Origin: Victivallales bacterium
GTDB lineage: Bacteria; Verrucomicrobiota; Lentisphaeria; Victivallales; UBA1829
Assembly: GCA_045612485.1 (NCBI GenBank)
Contig: JAZKZE010000115.1
Coordinates: 3,524 to 67,523, forward strand
Direction: 5' to 3'
DNA length: 64,000 nucleotides
Shown: positions 26,510 through 36,030 of the stretch, one piece after another
Numbering within the stretch: position 1 is the stretch's first letter
How the letters are laid out: every line of letters begins with the position of its first letter
Notes under the pieces: generated by a model
Told to the model about the DNA's origin: nothing
Database searches by the model: none
Seen by the model: only the letters and a program-made list of their open reading frames with translations
Program-made: the position numbers and the translations under genes

Positions 26510-28426
26510 TTACCTCTCTTTTTCCTTTAAGGCTTCTTCCGCCATCATAAGAGAAAGCAATAGATAGGAATGATCTTTTCTGGTACTGTAATGTTCCTGA
26601 AGGAGTATTTTTATTCCATTTTCATCAAAAAATCCCCTTTTGACCAGATTGCCCTGTAAAAGAGTTTTTTCTGCCGTTTCTTTCCATTCTTTCCGCAGAA
26701 ATGCTGCAACAGGTACACCGAATCCCCGTTTTTTTCTCCGGGCAAGCCCCCGGGGCATAAGGTCGGAAAAAGCATCACACAATATTCTTTTCCGTACGCC
26801 GCCTTTCTCTTTAAATGAATAGGGCAGCTTCATGGCAAAATCCACAACATCATTTTGCAGGAAAGGCGATCTCACATCCAGAAAGGCATTGGTACTTGCC
26901 TGTTCCATTTTTACCAGACAGTCATTGGCAAGATAGTTGGCAAAATCGAATTCCGAACACCATTCATTTCTTTCCCGGCTTGTTCCCTGTGTGAGAAGTC
27001 CGAAACGGTCAAAGTTTTCCAGTGTGGGAAGAAGTTGTGCTTCCTTGAGAAGCCTGCCTTCGATTCTCTTTTTGTCTTCTTCTTTTACATGGGTTATCAT
27101 GGAAAAATATCTCTCTTTTCCGCTCATACGCATGGCATGTAAAAAACGTTTTGCTCTTGCCGGAAGTCCTCTTTCGGAACTTTCCGGAAGAAGGGAAAGG
27201 AGGAGGAGGGCAAATTTATCCCGCAGGAGGGATGGGAGAAGATCGCAGCAATAAAGATAACGCATGGCAAGATAACGTTCATATCCGCCGAAAAGTTCAT
27301 CGGCACCGTCACCGCAGAAGGCAATGGAAATATTCTTTTCCTTTGCAAAGGAGCATAACAGACTGGTAGGCAGAAGAGAGGCATCGGCGTAGGGGGAGCC
27401 GTGATCTTCAGCAAGTTGGAGCAGTAGGGGCAGTGTATCTGCTCCTACCGGGGAAACAAAATGTTCCATTTTGCCGGAAGCAAGATTTTTTATATGATCG
27501 AAATTGATTGCCGCCTGTTCTCTTTCATCGTAAATGGCTTCATCAAAGCCCATGGAAAATGCTTTCAGATTCCCTTTACAAAGTTTTGCACAGATCCCGC
27601 CTATGATACAGGAATCCACTCCGCCGGAAAGGAAAATACCTTTTTCCGCTTCCTTTGGTACACAGGAAAGATGTTTTTCCACAGATTTGAACAATAATTC
27701 CCGTAAACGATGACACGCTTCAGAATAGGAAAAATTTTCTTTAACGGAAAAGTCTGCCTTCCAGTATTTTTTTGTAACGGAAAAACACCGGTCGGCAAAG
27801 GAAATCTCTGCAAAACTTCCCGAAGATAGTTTCCGTACATTCCGGTATATGGTGCCTTCCGGGACATATTGCAGGGAAAGAAAATCCCACAAAGATTGTT
27901 CTTCAAGGTTGCCGGGAAAGGAACCATGTTTTTTCAATGCTCCCATACTTCCTGCAAAAACGGTCACTTCCGGCGTACAGAAATAGAAAAGTGCCTTGCT
28001 GCCCAGTCGGTCACGGACAAGATAGAGTTTCTTCTTTTTCCTGTCAAAAAGGGCTATGGCAAAACTTCCGGAAAGTTTCTCCCACATTTTTATGCCGTAT
28101 TCATGGAAAAGACGGGCAAGAAGTTCTTCATCACTGCTGCCGGATAATGTGATACCTCTGGTTGTGAGTAATTCTGCAAGTTCTTTTTTATTCAGTAGGT
28201 AGCCGTCAAGAAGAATGGTATAGGGCAATTCTTCCGGCAGCATATTTTTTCTTCCCGGGGGAAAGAGAAAGGAGGCATGGTCGTTTTCATTTGCAGCAAT
28301 GTATGGCGGAAAGGAAGGAAATGAAGCCTTTTGCAGTAAAGAAGCCATTTCCTGCAAACAGAATTTATCTTTTTCCATTTGCCCGGCTGTAATACAACTA
28401 TGAACGATCCCGGCAAGAAAACTCAT
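26510..28426 (-). CDS. asparagine synthetase B-like PP-loop ATPase with a degenerate glutaminase domain
   Basis: 638 aa with the PP-loop FLSGGVDSC. The N-terminus is MSFLAGIV where AsnB has MCGIAG (Cys2 to Ser). The NGEIYN region reads DGYLLN. Its ATG overlaps the upstream stop (ATGA). Confidence 0.85.
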   Translation of the reverse strand: MSFLAGIVHSCITAGQMEKDKFCLQEMASLLQKASFPSFPPYIAANENDHASFLFPPGRKNMLPEELPYTILLDGYLLNKKELAELLTTRGITLSGSSDEELLARLFHEYGIKMWEKLSGSFAIALFDRKKKKLYLVRDRLGSKALFYFCTPEVTVFAGSMGALKKHGSFPGNLEEQSLWDFLSLQYVPEGTIYRNVRKLSSGSFAEISFADRCFSVTKKYWKADFSVKENFSYSEACHRLRELLFKSVEKHLSCVPKEAEKGIFLSGGVDSCIIGGICAKLCKGNLKAFSMGFDEAIYDEREQAAINFDHIKNLASGKMEHFVSPVGADTLPLLLQLAEDHGSPYADASLLPTSLLCSFAKEKNISIAFCGDGADELFGGYERYLAMRYLYCCDLLPSLLRDKFALLLLSLLPESSERGLPARAKRFLHAMRMSGKERYFSMITHVKEEDKKRIEGRLLKEAQLLPTLENFDRFGLLTQGTSRERNEWCSEFDFANYLANDCLVKMEQASTNAFLDVRSPFLQNDVVDFAMKLPYSFKEKGGVRKRILCDAFSDLMPRGLARRKKRGFGVPVAAFLRKEWKETAEKTLLQGNLVKRGFFDENGIKILLQEHYSTRKDHSYLLLSLMMAEEALKEKER

Positions 28427-29337
28427 GGTCTTTTTTCCTCCTGTGCCTTATGGGGGATATGCTTTTCCCCTGCACATTTTTTCCTCCATAAACGTACCTT
28501 TTCCTCTACAGAAAATACAAAACAATTTTTCAGAAATGTATCCAGAACGATTTTTACGGCAAGGGGGGAGGGGTGAACAAGATCTTCTTTGTAAAAACGG
28601 TAATCCCGCAAAGAATCATTGACGATCTCATAGGCGGGAAAGTAGGAAATATTTTCTTTTTCAGGCAGAAGTTCTTCAATGGCACTGCGCAATTTTGCCT
28701 TGCCTGCACTGTTTAAAAGTGGTTCGCCCGGGTAATGCCGTACCGGGGAAAGGGTAAAAACGATCTTGCCTTCCTTATTGCATTTACGGATATTTGTCAC
28801 GATCCTTTCACAGCTTTCTTTACATTCCGTAAAAGAGAGCAGTCTTCTTTCAAAGGTATCCGGCGGCATTTTGTGACAGTTTGCCGCGATTTTCCCTGTT
28901 TCCCTGATTTCATAGACTACCGCAGAGGATAAGGTGATAAAGATCCCGTCCGCTTTTTCCAGTGCCGAATGAAAATCTTCCATGATGCTGTTGGCGTTTT
29001 GCACTGCGGTTTTTCTGTCGGTACAGGAAAACTTTCCATGATGAAAGTAGGAGTGGTATTTATTTTCATGGAAGAAAAATTCTTCTTCCGTATAAAAATG
29101 ATTTTCTACGATCCTTTCCAGAGAATCCGCAATGGAAACTGGGTTATACAATATCCCGTTGGGGTTTTCCCGGATCTGCAATCCGGTACCGGCAAGAAGC
29201 AGTGTCATTTCTTCTGCAAAACAGGAACCCACGGAAACAAAGGAACATTTTTCATCCCACTTTTTATATTTCCATCTGAAGGGGACTTCCTGAAAACAGC
29301 AATGCAGCTCATCTGTAAAACAATACTCTTTTTTCAT
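28423..29337 (-). CDS. GSCFA family protein
   Basis: 304 aa with the eponymous N-terminal motif VSVGSCFAEEM. There is a 4-nt overlap with both neighbouring genes. Confidence 0.85.
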   Translation of the reverse strand: MKKEYCFTDELHCCFQEVPFRWKYKKWDEKCSFVSVGSCFAEEMTLLLAGTGLQIRENPNGILYNPVSIADSLERIVENHFYTEEEFFFHENKYHSYFHHGKFSCTDRKTAVQNANSIMEDFHSALEKADGIFITLSSAVVYEIRETGKIAANCHKMPPDTFERRLLSFTECKESCERIVTNIRKCNKEGKIVFTLSPVRHYPGEPLLNSAGKAKLRSAIEELLPEKENISYFPAYEIVNDSLRDYRFYKEDLVHPSPLAVKIVLDTFLKNCFVFSVEEKVRLWRKKCAGEKHIPHKAQEEKRP

Positions 29338-31589
29338 ACGTAAAAACCTCCTGTTTCCCGGCAGAGCCGTTCTTTCAGAAGTGTGAATCTGGGTTCTTTT
29401 ACGGTATTTCTGACCGCCATGGAAAGAGCCTTTTTGGAACCAACAAGGATCATAAGTTTCTTTGCCCTTGTCATACCTGTATAAAGAAGATTTCTCTGAA
29501 GCATCACAAAATGACTTGTGAGAACCGGCATAACGACCGCCGGAAATTCGCTCCCCTGGGATTTGTGTACGGTAATGGCATAAGCGTGGGTAAGTTCCTC
29601 TGCCTCCGGGAAAGCATAGTTGATGTTCTGGGAATCAAAGGCAACGGTAAAAGTTTTTTCATCATGCCGTATGGAAGTGATCCTGCCCATATCGCCATTG
29701 AAGACTCCCTTATCATAATTATTGGTGATCTGCATAACTTTATCCCCCAGCTTGAAAAGCCGTTCCCCGTGCCGGAAGGCAAGAGTGCTTTTATTGAGTT
29801 TTTCCTGTAAGGCGGTATTCATGGAAAGAGTTCCGCAGACCCCTTTATTCATGGGGGTGAGGATCTGTATATCGTTGACCGGATCAAAACCGAATCTTTC
29901 CGGGATCCGTTCTGTAACAAGCCGCAGTATGACATCACAGGCCTCCTCCGGTTCCTCTTTGGGGATCCAGTAAAAATCGGAAAGAACGTTTTGACCGGAA
30001 GGGGGGGATTGTGTGATACATTCCGGAATAAGTCCGGCATTGACTTCATGGGCGGCAACAATGATCCTGCTGCCTTCCCCCTGACGGAAGATCTTTGTAA
30101 GTCTTGTCACAGGGATCGAATTGGAAGAGATAAGATCATTAAGGATATTGCCCGGTCCCACACTGGGGAGCTGGTCGCAGTCCCCCACAAGAACCACAGA
30201 AGCCCCTTGGGGAATGGCACGGAAAAAAGCGGTGGCAAGAGGGAGATCCAGCATGGAAGTTTCGTCCAGAATGAAGAGATCGAAGGGAAGGGGATTTTTT
30301 CTTCCGTGTACAAATTTTCTTTCGGCGGCATTCCATTTGAGAAGGCGGTGCAGAGTATAACTTGTCATATTGGTCGTCTCACTCATTCTTTTTGCCGCCC
30401 TGCCGGTAGGGGCTGCAAGAGCAATACGCAATTTGGCAAGGGTGGCTTTGCGGACGATTTCTGCCACTACGGTAGTTTTCCCCACACCGGGGCCCCCGGT
30501 AATGATACATAACGGGGAATTTTCCACCATTTTTACGGCGGAAAGCTGTTCATCGCTGAATTTGGAACCCTGAAGAAAGGGGATACTTTTCAGACGGGTG
30601 CCCCAGTAACGGGGAAAGGAGAGCAGGGAGGAGATCAGACGGGGGAGTTCCTGTTCACAGCGGAGCATGGCGGGATCGTAGATCATTTCCCCCTGTTCTC
30701 TGCTTGGATCCCGTAGTGCTTTCCCTTCTTCCACAGCAAGACGCAGAGCTTTTGAAGCATCCTCTTCCTCTATTCCCAGAAGTTCCGCAACGGTTTTGAG
30801 AAATTCGGAAGAAGGCATACAAACGTGTCCCGCAAGGCGGATCTGCTCCAGCGTATATTTTACTCCGGCAACAAGTCTTTTCTCATCTTTTTTGCCGATC
30901 CCGGCTTTTTCTGCGATCCTGTCTGCAAGGATAAAACCTATCCCCTCCACCTGAGAAGCAAGAAGATAGGGATCTGTTTGAAGGATCTCTGCGGAACGGT
31001 CGCCGTACAGAGAATAGATTTTGGTAAAATAGGCAGGACTTATTCCCAGAGACTGCATATAAATCTGCAAGGTTCTGCGGTCTTTATTTTCATCCCAGGC
31101 TTTTTTTATGGCAGTGATCCGTTTTTTCCCCAGTCCCGGGATTTCTTTGAGGCGGCAGGAGGCATTGTCCAGAATGTGCAGAGTTTCTCTGCCGAAATGA
31201 TCCACGATAAGTTTTGCATATTTTTCCCCCACACCTTTGATGACGCCGGAGGAGAGATATTTTATGATTCCTTCCGGTGTGGAGGGCAATGTACTTTCAA
31301 AATGGGTGACTTTCAATCGTCTCCCATACTCTTTATGGACTTCCCATTTGCCTTTTACAGAAAGACTCTGTCCACTGTGGATGGAATTCAGCGGGCCGCA
31401 GATACAGTGTCTTTCCCCCTGAAGATCCCGCAAATAGAGAATGGCAAATGTGCCGTCGGCAGATTCATAAATGACTTTTTCCACATCACCCTGCAAAATG
31501 TGTTCCGTAAGAGTGCCGGATCCCTGATCCTGCTGCACTTCTCCGGAATGGAAAAGATCATCGTTTTTCTGGGGAAAAGCCTGTGTCAT
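29334..31589 (-). CDS. recD2: ATP-dependent RecD2-like SF1 DNA helicase
   Basis: 751 aa. Walker A GGPGVGKTT, ILDETSMLD, VLVGDCDQLPSVGPG, AITVHKSQGSEF, and an N-terminal OB/HhH-type region. Confidence 0.92.
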   Translation of the reverse strand: MTQAFPQKNDDLFHSGEVQQDQGSGTLTEHILQGDVEKVIYESADGTFAILYLRDLQGERHCICGPLNSIHSGQSLSVKGKWEVHKEYGRRLKVTHFESTLPSTPEGIIKYLSSGVIKGVGEKYAKLIVDHFGRETLHILDNASCRLKEIPGLGKKRITAIKKAWDENKDRRTLQIYMQSLGISPAYFTKIYSLYGDRSAEILQTDPYLLASQVEGIGFILADRIAEKAGIGKKDEKRLVAGVKYTLEQIRLAGHVCMPSSEFLKTVAELLGIEEEDASKALRLAVEEGKALRDPSREQGEMIYDPAMLRCEQELPRLISSLLSFPRYWGTRLKSIPFLQGSKFSDEQLSAVKMVENSPLCIITGGPGVGKTTVVAEIVRKATLAKLRIALAAPTGRAAKRMSETTNMTSYTLHRLLKWNAAERKFVHGRKNPLPFDLFILDETSMLDLPLATAFFRAIPQGASVVLVGDCDQLPSVGPGNILNDLISSNSIPVTRLTKIFRQGEGSRIIVAAHEVNAGLIPECITQSPPSGQNVLSDFYWIPKEEPEEACDVILRLVTERIPERFGFDPVNDIQILTPMNKGVCGTLSMNTALQEKLNKSTLAFRHGERLFKLGDKVMQITNNYDKGVFNGDMGRITSIRHDEKTFTVAFDSQNINYAFPEAEELTHAYAITVHKSQGSEFPAVVMPVLTSHFVMLQRNLLYTGMTRAKKLMILVGSKKALSMAVRNTVKEPRFTLLKERLCRETGGFYV

Positions 31590-31645
31590 AAGATAAAAAA
31601 AGAAGAACAGACCTTCTGTAAAAAGAAGATCTGTCCTGTAATGGA

Positions 31646-32767
31646 TCAGTGATGGGAGAATACCCGTTCAGGAGCGTGACGCAGTGCCACACCAAGTTCA
31701 TTGGCACGTTTTACCACATCGGCGTCTTTCAGAGAACCGGAGGGTGCCACGATGGCTTTGATCCCGGCTTTTGCGGCAGTTTCCACGGCATCGTAGAAGG
31801 GGAAGAATCCGTCACTGGACATTACTGCCCCTTCCAGAGAGTTTTCCCCGGTATATTTCTGACGGAATTTTTCAATAGCCTGTTCCACAGCACCCACGCG
31901 GTCCTGTTCACCGGTACCCACAGCAAGGGTCTGACCGTTTTTCACGATGACTACGCCATTGGAACGCACGCTGATATTGATATACCATGCGGCAAGAAGG
32001 TCTGCCATTTCCGCTTCTGTGGGAACGACGGTGGAAGTATGGGCACCGCAAGCCTTGTTTTCACCGGAGGCGGGAGGAAGATCTTCAGCGGAACGCACAT
32101 TGGTGAGAAGGGGGGCGGCAATGACGAGAGAACCGTCGCAGAGGATCTTCATGGTATTGGCGTCTCCTTCGGGATCGTCACCCACATAACGGGGGATGGA
32201 GGCAATGTCGCCGCACTGGAGGATACGGATCTGCTTGTTGAGCTTGTAGGTTTCCTGATCGTTGAAGATTGCAAGAGCTTCTTCTTCAAAATCGGGGGCT
32301 ACCACACATTCGCAGAAGGTACTCATGATCTCTTTTGCGGTTTCAGCATCCACTTTCACGTTGAAAGCGATCACGCTTCCGAAAGCGGCACGGGCATCGC
32401 AGTCTCTGGCTTTTTTGTAAACATCCACAAGACTCTCCCCTTTACGCATGACGGAAGCTCCGCTGGGGTTGACGTGTTTCATTACGGCGCAGGCGGGTTC
32501 GTCAAAATATTTCACGATATTGAGGGCTCCGGAAATATCTTCCAGATTGGTCTGGGAGAGACCGTTTTTCCCGCTTTTGAGAGTTTTCATATTGGCGATA
32601 GCCCCTTTGGAACCTTCGGGGATATAGAAAGCCGCAGGCTGGTGGGGGTTGGTACCGTAACGCAGGTCATCTGCCTTGATGAATTTTTTCCCGCCGATGA
32701 TGATCTCGGAGGCAAAATCTCCGGTATTTTTGGTAAGATACGCATTTCTGCCCAATTTTTCAGCCAT
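31646..32767 (-). CDS. purH: AICAR transformylase-domain protein (PurH lacking the IMP cyclohydrolase/MGS-like domain)
   Basis: 373 aa. LRYGTNPHQPAAFY appears only ~35 aa from the N-terminus. MKHVNPSGASV is present, and the C-terminal end ...ERVFSHH matches the PurH C-terminus. Confidence 0.85.
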   Translation of the reverse strand: MAEKLGRNAYLTKNTGDFASEIIIGGKKFIKADDLRYGTNPHQPAAFYIPEGSKGAIANMKTLKSGKNGLSQTNLEDISGALNIVKYFDEPACAVMKHVNPSGASVMRKGESLVDVYKKARDCDARAAFGSVIAFNVKVDAETAKEIMSTFCECVVAPDFEEEALAIFNDQETYKLNKQIRILQCGDIASIPRYVGDDPEGDANTMKILCDGSLVIAAPLLTNVRSAEDLPPASGENKACGAHTSTVVPTEAEMADLLAAWYINISVRSNGVVIVKNGQTLAVGTGEQDRVGAVEQAIEKFRQKYTGENSLEGAVMSSDGFFPFYDAVETAAKAGIKAIVAPSGSLKDADVVKRANELGVALRHAPERVFSHH

Positions 32768-32960
32768 TTTTACGACTCCTTTTTTGATTTTATGCTTTTT
32801 TATGTTAAATTATGTTTTCTGAAGAAACAGAACTTCACCATACAATTTACATTCCCTGTGGCATATTGGCAAATTGTTTGAGTGAAAAAGATGAAAAAAA
32901 CTGTGAAAAATGCCCTGCTTCATAATAAAACAAGGGCTTTTGAGAAAGGTGAGGCATATT

Positions 32961-33608
32961 TTGAAAGGATATTTTATCACATTTGAAGGCGCGGAAGGCT
33001 GTGGAAAAAGTACCCAGATCCGTTTGCTGGGGGAGGCTTTGGAAAAAGCCGGAAGAGAGGTGACAGTATCCCGTTCCCCGGGAGGAACTGTTGTGGCGGA
33101 AAAGATCCGCAGTATCCTTAAAGAGGTGACGCCCGGGGAAGATCTGGAACCGGAAACCGAATTATTACTTTTCGGAGCCTGTCACAGTCAGATGACCGCA
33201 AATCTCATCAAACCTGTTCTGGATAAAGGAGGCATCCTTTTAAGCGACCGGTTCTATGATTCCACCATTGCTTATCAGGGATATGCCAGAAATCTGGGCG
33301 TGGAGAGTGTGAAATGGATCAATCATTATGCCTGCCGGAACCTGAAGCCGGATCTTACCATCCTTCTGGATATGGATCCGGAAGAGGGAATAAAACGTGC
33401 GGCAGAACGGGCTGGGACAAAAGAAAATCTTGCCAATGACCGGTTCGATTCGGAAAAACTTTCCTTCCATCATGCCGTACGCAATGCCTTTCTCCGCCTT
33501 GCGGAAGAAGAACCGGAACGGTTTGCTGTTATACCGGCAAATGCCTCAATCGAAGAAGTTCATAACCGTATCCTGGAGGCGGTCCATGTACACCTGGGCA
33601 TACTTTGA
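32961..33608 (+). CDS. tmk: thymidylate kinase
   Basis: P-loop ITFEGAEGCGKSTQ and the DRFYDSTIAYQG motif. The likely start is TTG 32961, 6 nt after AAGGTGAGG; the ORF also opens at ATG 32910, which has no SD. Confidence 0.9.
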   Translation: MKGYFITFEGAEGCGKSTQIRLLGEALEKAGREVTVSRSPGGTVVAEKIRSILKEVTPGEDLEPETELLLFGACHSQMTANLIKPVLDKGGILLSDRFYDSTIAYQGYARNLGVESVKWINHYACRNLKPDLTILLDMDPEEGIKRAAERAGTKENLANDRFDSEKLSFHHAVRNAFLRLAEEEPERFAVIPANASIEEVHNRILEAVHVHLGIL

Positions 33609-34659
33609 AGAACGTTTTCCCATGGTGATCCACGCTCTGAAAAGGGCGGCGGAAGCGGGGACTCTCGCTCATGCGTATCTGATTGTCAGTACCAATCCTG
33701 ATTACAGAACGCAATTTCCTCTTCTCCTCTCCTGTCTTGCGGTCTGCGGGAACCGTAATGAGGATGGTTCCCCCTGCTGTAAATGTGAAAACTGTACAAA
33801 GATCCTTAATGGATTATATCCGGATTTCCATACCCTTGCCCCTACCTCCAAAGCAAGGGAGATCGTGATCGGCAAGGATACGGATGATATTGATACTTTA
33901 CGGTGGTTTGAAGCCCAGTTCCATTTAAGTGCCTCCACTTCCTGCGGCTGGAAATTAGGGGTGATACAGGAAGCCGATACTATGAATGAATCCGCCCAGA
34001 ATGCTTTCCTTAAAACATTGGAAGAGCCCCCGGGAAAATGTTTCTTCCTGCTGACGACAGCAAGGGCTTCCCGGCTTCTGCCTACCATCCGTTCCCGCTG
34101 TCAGATCCTGTATCTTACAGATAACTGCTGTGAATATGATTTTCCCCGCTGCGGGGATGTGCCGGGACTTCTTGCCAAACTTGTGGAACCTGTGGAAAAA
34201 GAAAAAAGTCTGATGGCAGCCTCTGATACTGCCAATGCCCTTATTGCCATAGCTTCTGCCTTGTATCAGGCGGCGGAAAAAGAGGCGGAAGAGGAGTGGA
34301 ACCCCCGTCTGGAACAGGCAAAAGAACTGGAAAATGCCGGATTGAAACTTCTGGAAAAACGTCTGGAAGGGGCGACCGGAAGCAAATACAGGAAAAACCG
34401 GGAGCAGTTTATGAGTCTTATCCATTCCTGGTGTGCAGTCCTTGCTCTGAAGGCAACCGGGATCCCGCCGGAGATCCTGCCGGATAAAACTCTTGCGGAA
34501 AGTATGGGGGATCTCCCGGAAAAGATCGGTGAAAAACGTTCTTTTAAAATACTGGATCATGCCGGTGAACTGCTTGCCGGATTGCGGACAAATGTAAATG
34601 ATGAACTTGCATTGCGGGTATTCTGCCTGAATGCGGCAGTAAAGACGAGGGATTTGTGA
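33586..34659 (+). CDS. holB: DNA polymerase III delta' subunit
   Basis: ATG 33586 lies 7 nt after GGAGG and overlaps the tmk 3' end by 23 nt. Motifs: LAHAYLI, the Cys cluster CCKCENC, and EADTMNESAQNAFLKTLEEPP. Confidence 0.85.
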   Translation: MYTWAYFEERFPMVIHALKRAAEAGTLAHAYLIVSTNPDYRTQFPLLLSCLAVCGNRNEDGSPCCKCENCTKILNGLYPDFHTLAPTSKAREIVIGKDTDDIDTLRWFEAQFHLSASTSCGWKLGVIQEADTMNESAQNAFLKTLEEPPGKCFFLLTTARASRLLPTIRSRCQILYLTDNCCEYDFPRCGDVPGLLAKLVEPVEKEKSLMAASDTANALIAIASALYQAAEKEAEEEWNPRLEQAKELENAGLKLLEKRLEGATGSKYRKNREQFMSLIHSWCAVLALKATGIPPEILPDKTLAESMGDLPEKIGEKRSFKILDHAGELLAGLRTNVNDELALRVFCLNAAVKTRDL

Positions 34660-34660
34660 G

Positions 34661-35839
34661 ATGAAAGAGATCCGAAAAGTAAGTATTATCGGCGGTTGCG
34701 GTCATGTGGGGATCCCTCTGGGACTTGCCCTTGCCGACCGCGGGTTTACTGTCACCCTTCTGGATGTGAATGAGAAGGCTGTGAGTCTTCTGAAAGAAGG
34801 GAAACTGCCCTTTATCGAGGAAGGGGCGGAAGTCCTGCTGCGTAAATATATAAACAAAACTCTTTTTGTTACCATGGATCCCTCCTGCCTCAAAGAACAG
34901 CACTGCGTTATTTTTGTTACTGGAACTCCTGTGGATGAACATCTCAATGCAAAAGTCCATGCGGTTCTGGATGTGGTGAAAGAGTATCTTCCTTTTCTTT
35001 CGGAAGAACAGCTCATCGTTTTACGCAGCACCCTTTACCCCGGAACGGTGCGGATCGTGGAAAATATGCTTTTACGCAATAATTTCAAGTGCAAACTTGC
35101 CTTCTGCCCGGAACGGATATTGCAGGGAAAGGGGATCAAAGAAATTTTTGAACTGCCCCAGCTGGTTTCCGGCTGTTCGGAAGAGGCGGAAAAAGAGGCT
35201 TCGATCCTTTTCGGGAAAGTTGCGAAAAAGATCATTCTTCTTTCTCCGGAAGAGGCGGAACTTGCCAAGATCATGACCAACTCCTGGCGGTATCTGGAAT
35301 TTGCCATTGCCAATCAGTTCTATATGATCGCGGAGGAACACGGGGTGGATTTTTACAAGGTCTATAATGCCATGACGGATGATTACCCCAGAGCCAGACA
35401 CTTTCCCCGGCCGGGACTTGCCGCAGGACCCTGTCTTTTCAAGGATACCATGCAGCTTGCCTCCTACCATGACAACGGCTTTTTCCTGGGACACAGTGCC
35501 ATGCTGGTCAATGAGGGATTGCCCAATCTTCTTGTTGCCCAGCTTGCCAAAAAAATGGGCGGGAGTCTGAAAAATAAAAAGATCGCGATCCTGGGGATGA
35601 CTTTCAAGGCAAATAATGATGATACAAGGGAATCTCTTTCCTTCAAGATCAAAAAACTTCTGGAACAGAAAATGGCGTTTGTTCTGCCTTCTGATCCCTA
35701 TCTCAAAGATACCCTGCCACTGGAAAAGGCGTTGGAAGAGGCGGAAGGGATCATTATCGGAACTCCCCACAATGCGTATAAAGATCTTTCTCTGAAAGTT
35801 CCCTTTGCCGATTGCTGGGGGATCATCTGTAAAGAGTGA
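34661..35839 (+). CDS. UDP-glucose/GDP-mannose dehydrogenase family nucleotide-sugar dehydrogenase
   Basis: N-terminal Rossmann motif IIGGCGHVGIPLG, FCPERILQGKG, and the catalytic-region CLFKD. Confidence 0.9.
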   Translation: MKEIRKVSIIGGCGHVGIPLGLALADRGFTVTLLDVNEKAVSLLKEGKLPFIEEGAEVLLRKYINKTLFVTMDPSCLKEQHCVIFVTGTPVDEHLNAKVHAVLDVVKEYLPFLSEEQLIVLRSTLYPGTVRIVENMLLRNNFKCKLAFCPERILQGKGIKEIFELPQLVSGCSEEAEKEASILFGKVAKKIILLSPEEAELAKIMTNSWRYLEFAIANQFYMIAEEHGVDFYKVYNAMTDDYPRARHFPRPGLAAGPCLFKDTMQLASYHDNGFFLGHSAMLVNEGLPNLLVAQLAKKMGGSLKNKKIAILGMTFKANNDDTRESLSFKIKKLLEQKMAFVLPSDPYLKDTLPLEKALEEAEGIIIGTPHNAYKDLSLKVPFADCWGIICKE

Positions 35840-36030
35840 CAGCCCTTACAGAAAATAAAAAACGCCGGAAAAATACCACTGTATGAAAAACGGGGCTTGT
35901 ATTTTTATTAAACTATGGTAATTTAAAGAATATTGTTTCCGGGGGTTTCTGCTGAGAAGGGCATCTCGCAAGAACCGGGCGTATTGATTATAAATCTATT
36001 ACTGCTCCAGGGTGAGCGGAACGGGGTGCC

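Noticed and set aside
26510-28426. The Cys-less AsnB homolog as a lasso-peptide cyclase or RiPP cluster.
   Set aside because: No transglutaminase-like B protease, no PqqD-like RRE, no short precursor ORF and no export ABC transporter are adjacent. At 638 aa it is also full AsnB length.
35938-36030. A possible TPP riboswitch in the potA leader (GGGGGTTTCTGCTGAGAAGG...GAACC).
   Set aside because: It contains GCUGAGA but lacks the obligatory ACCUGAUCUGGAUAAUGCCAGCG-type pyrophosphate-sensing helix. A polyamine transporter is also not a TPP-regulated gene class.
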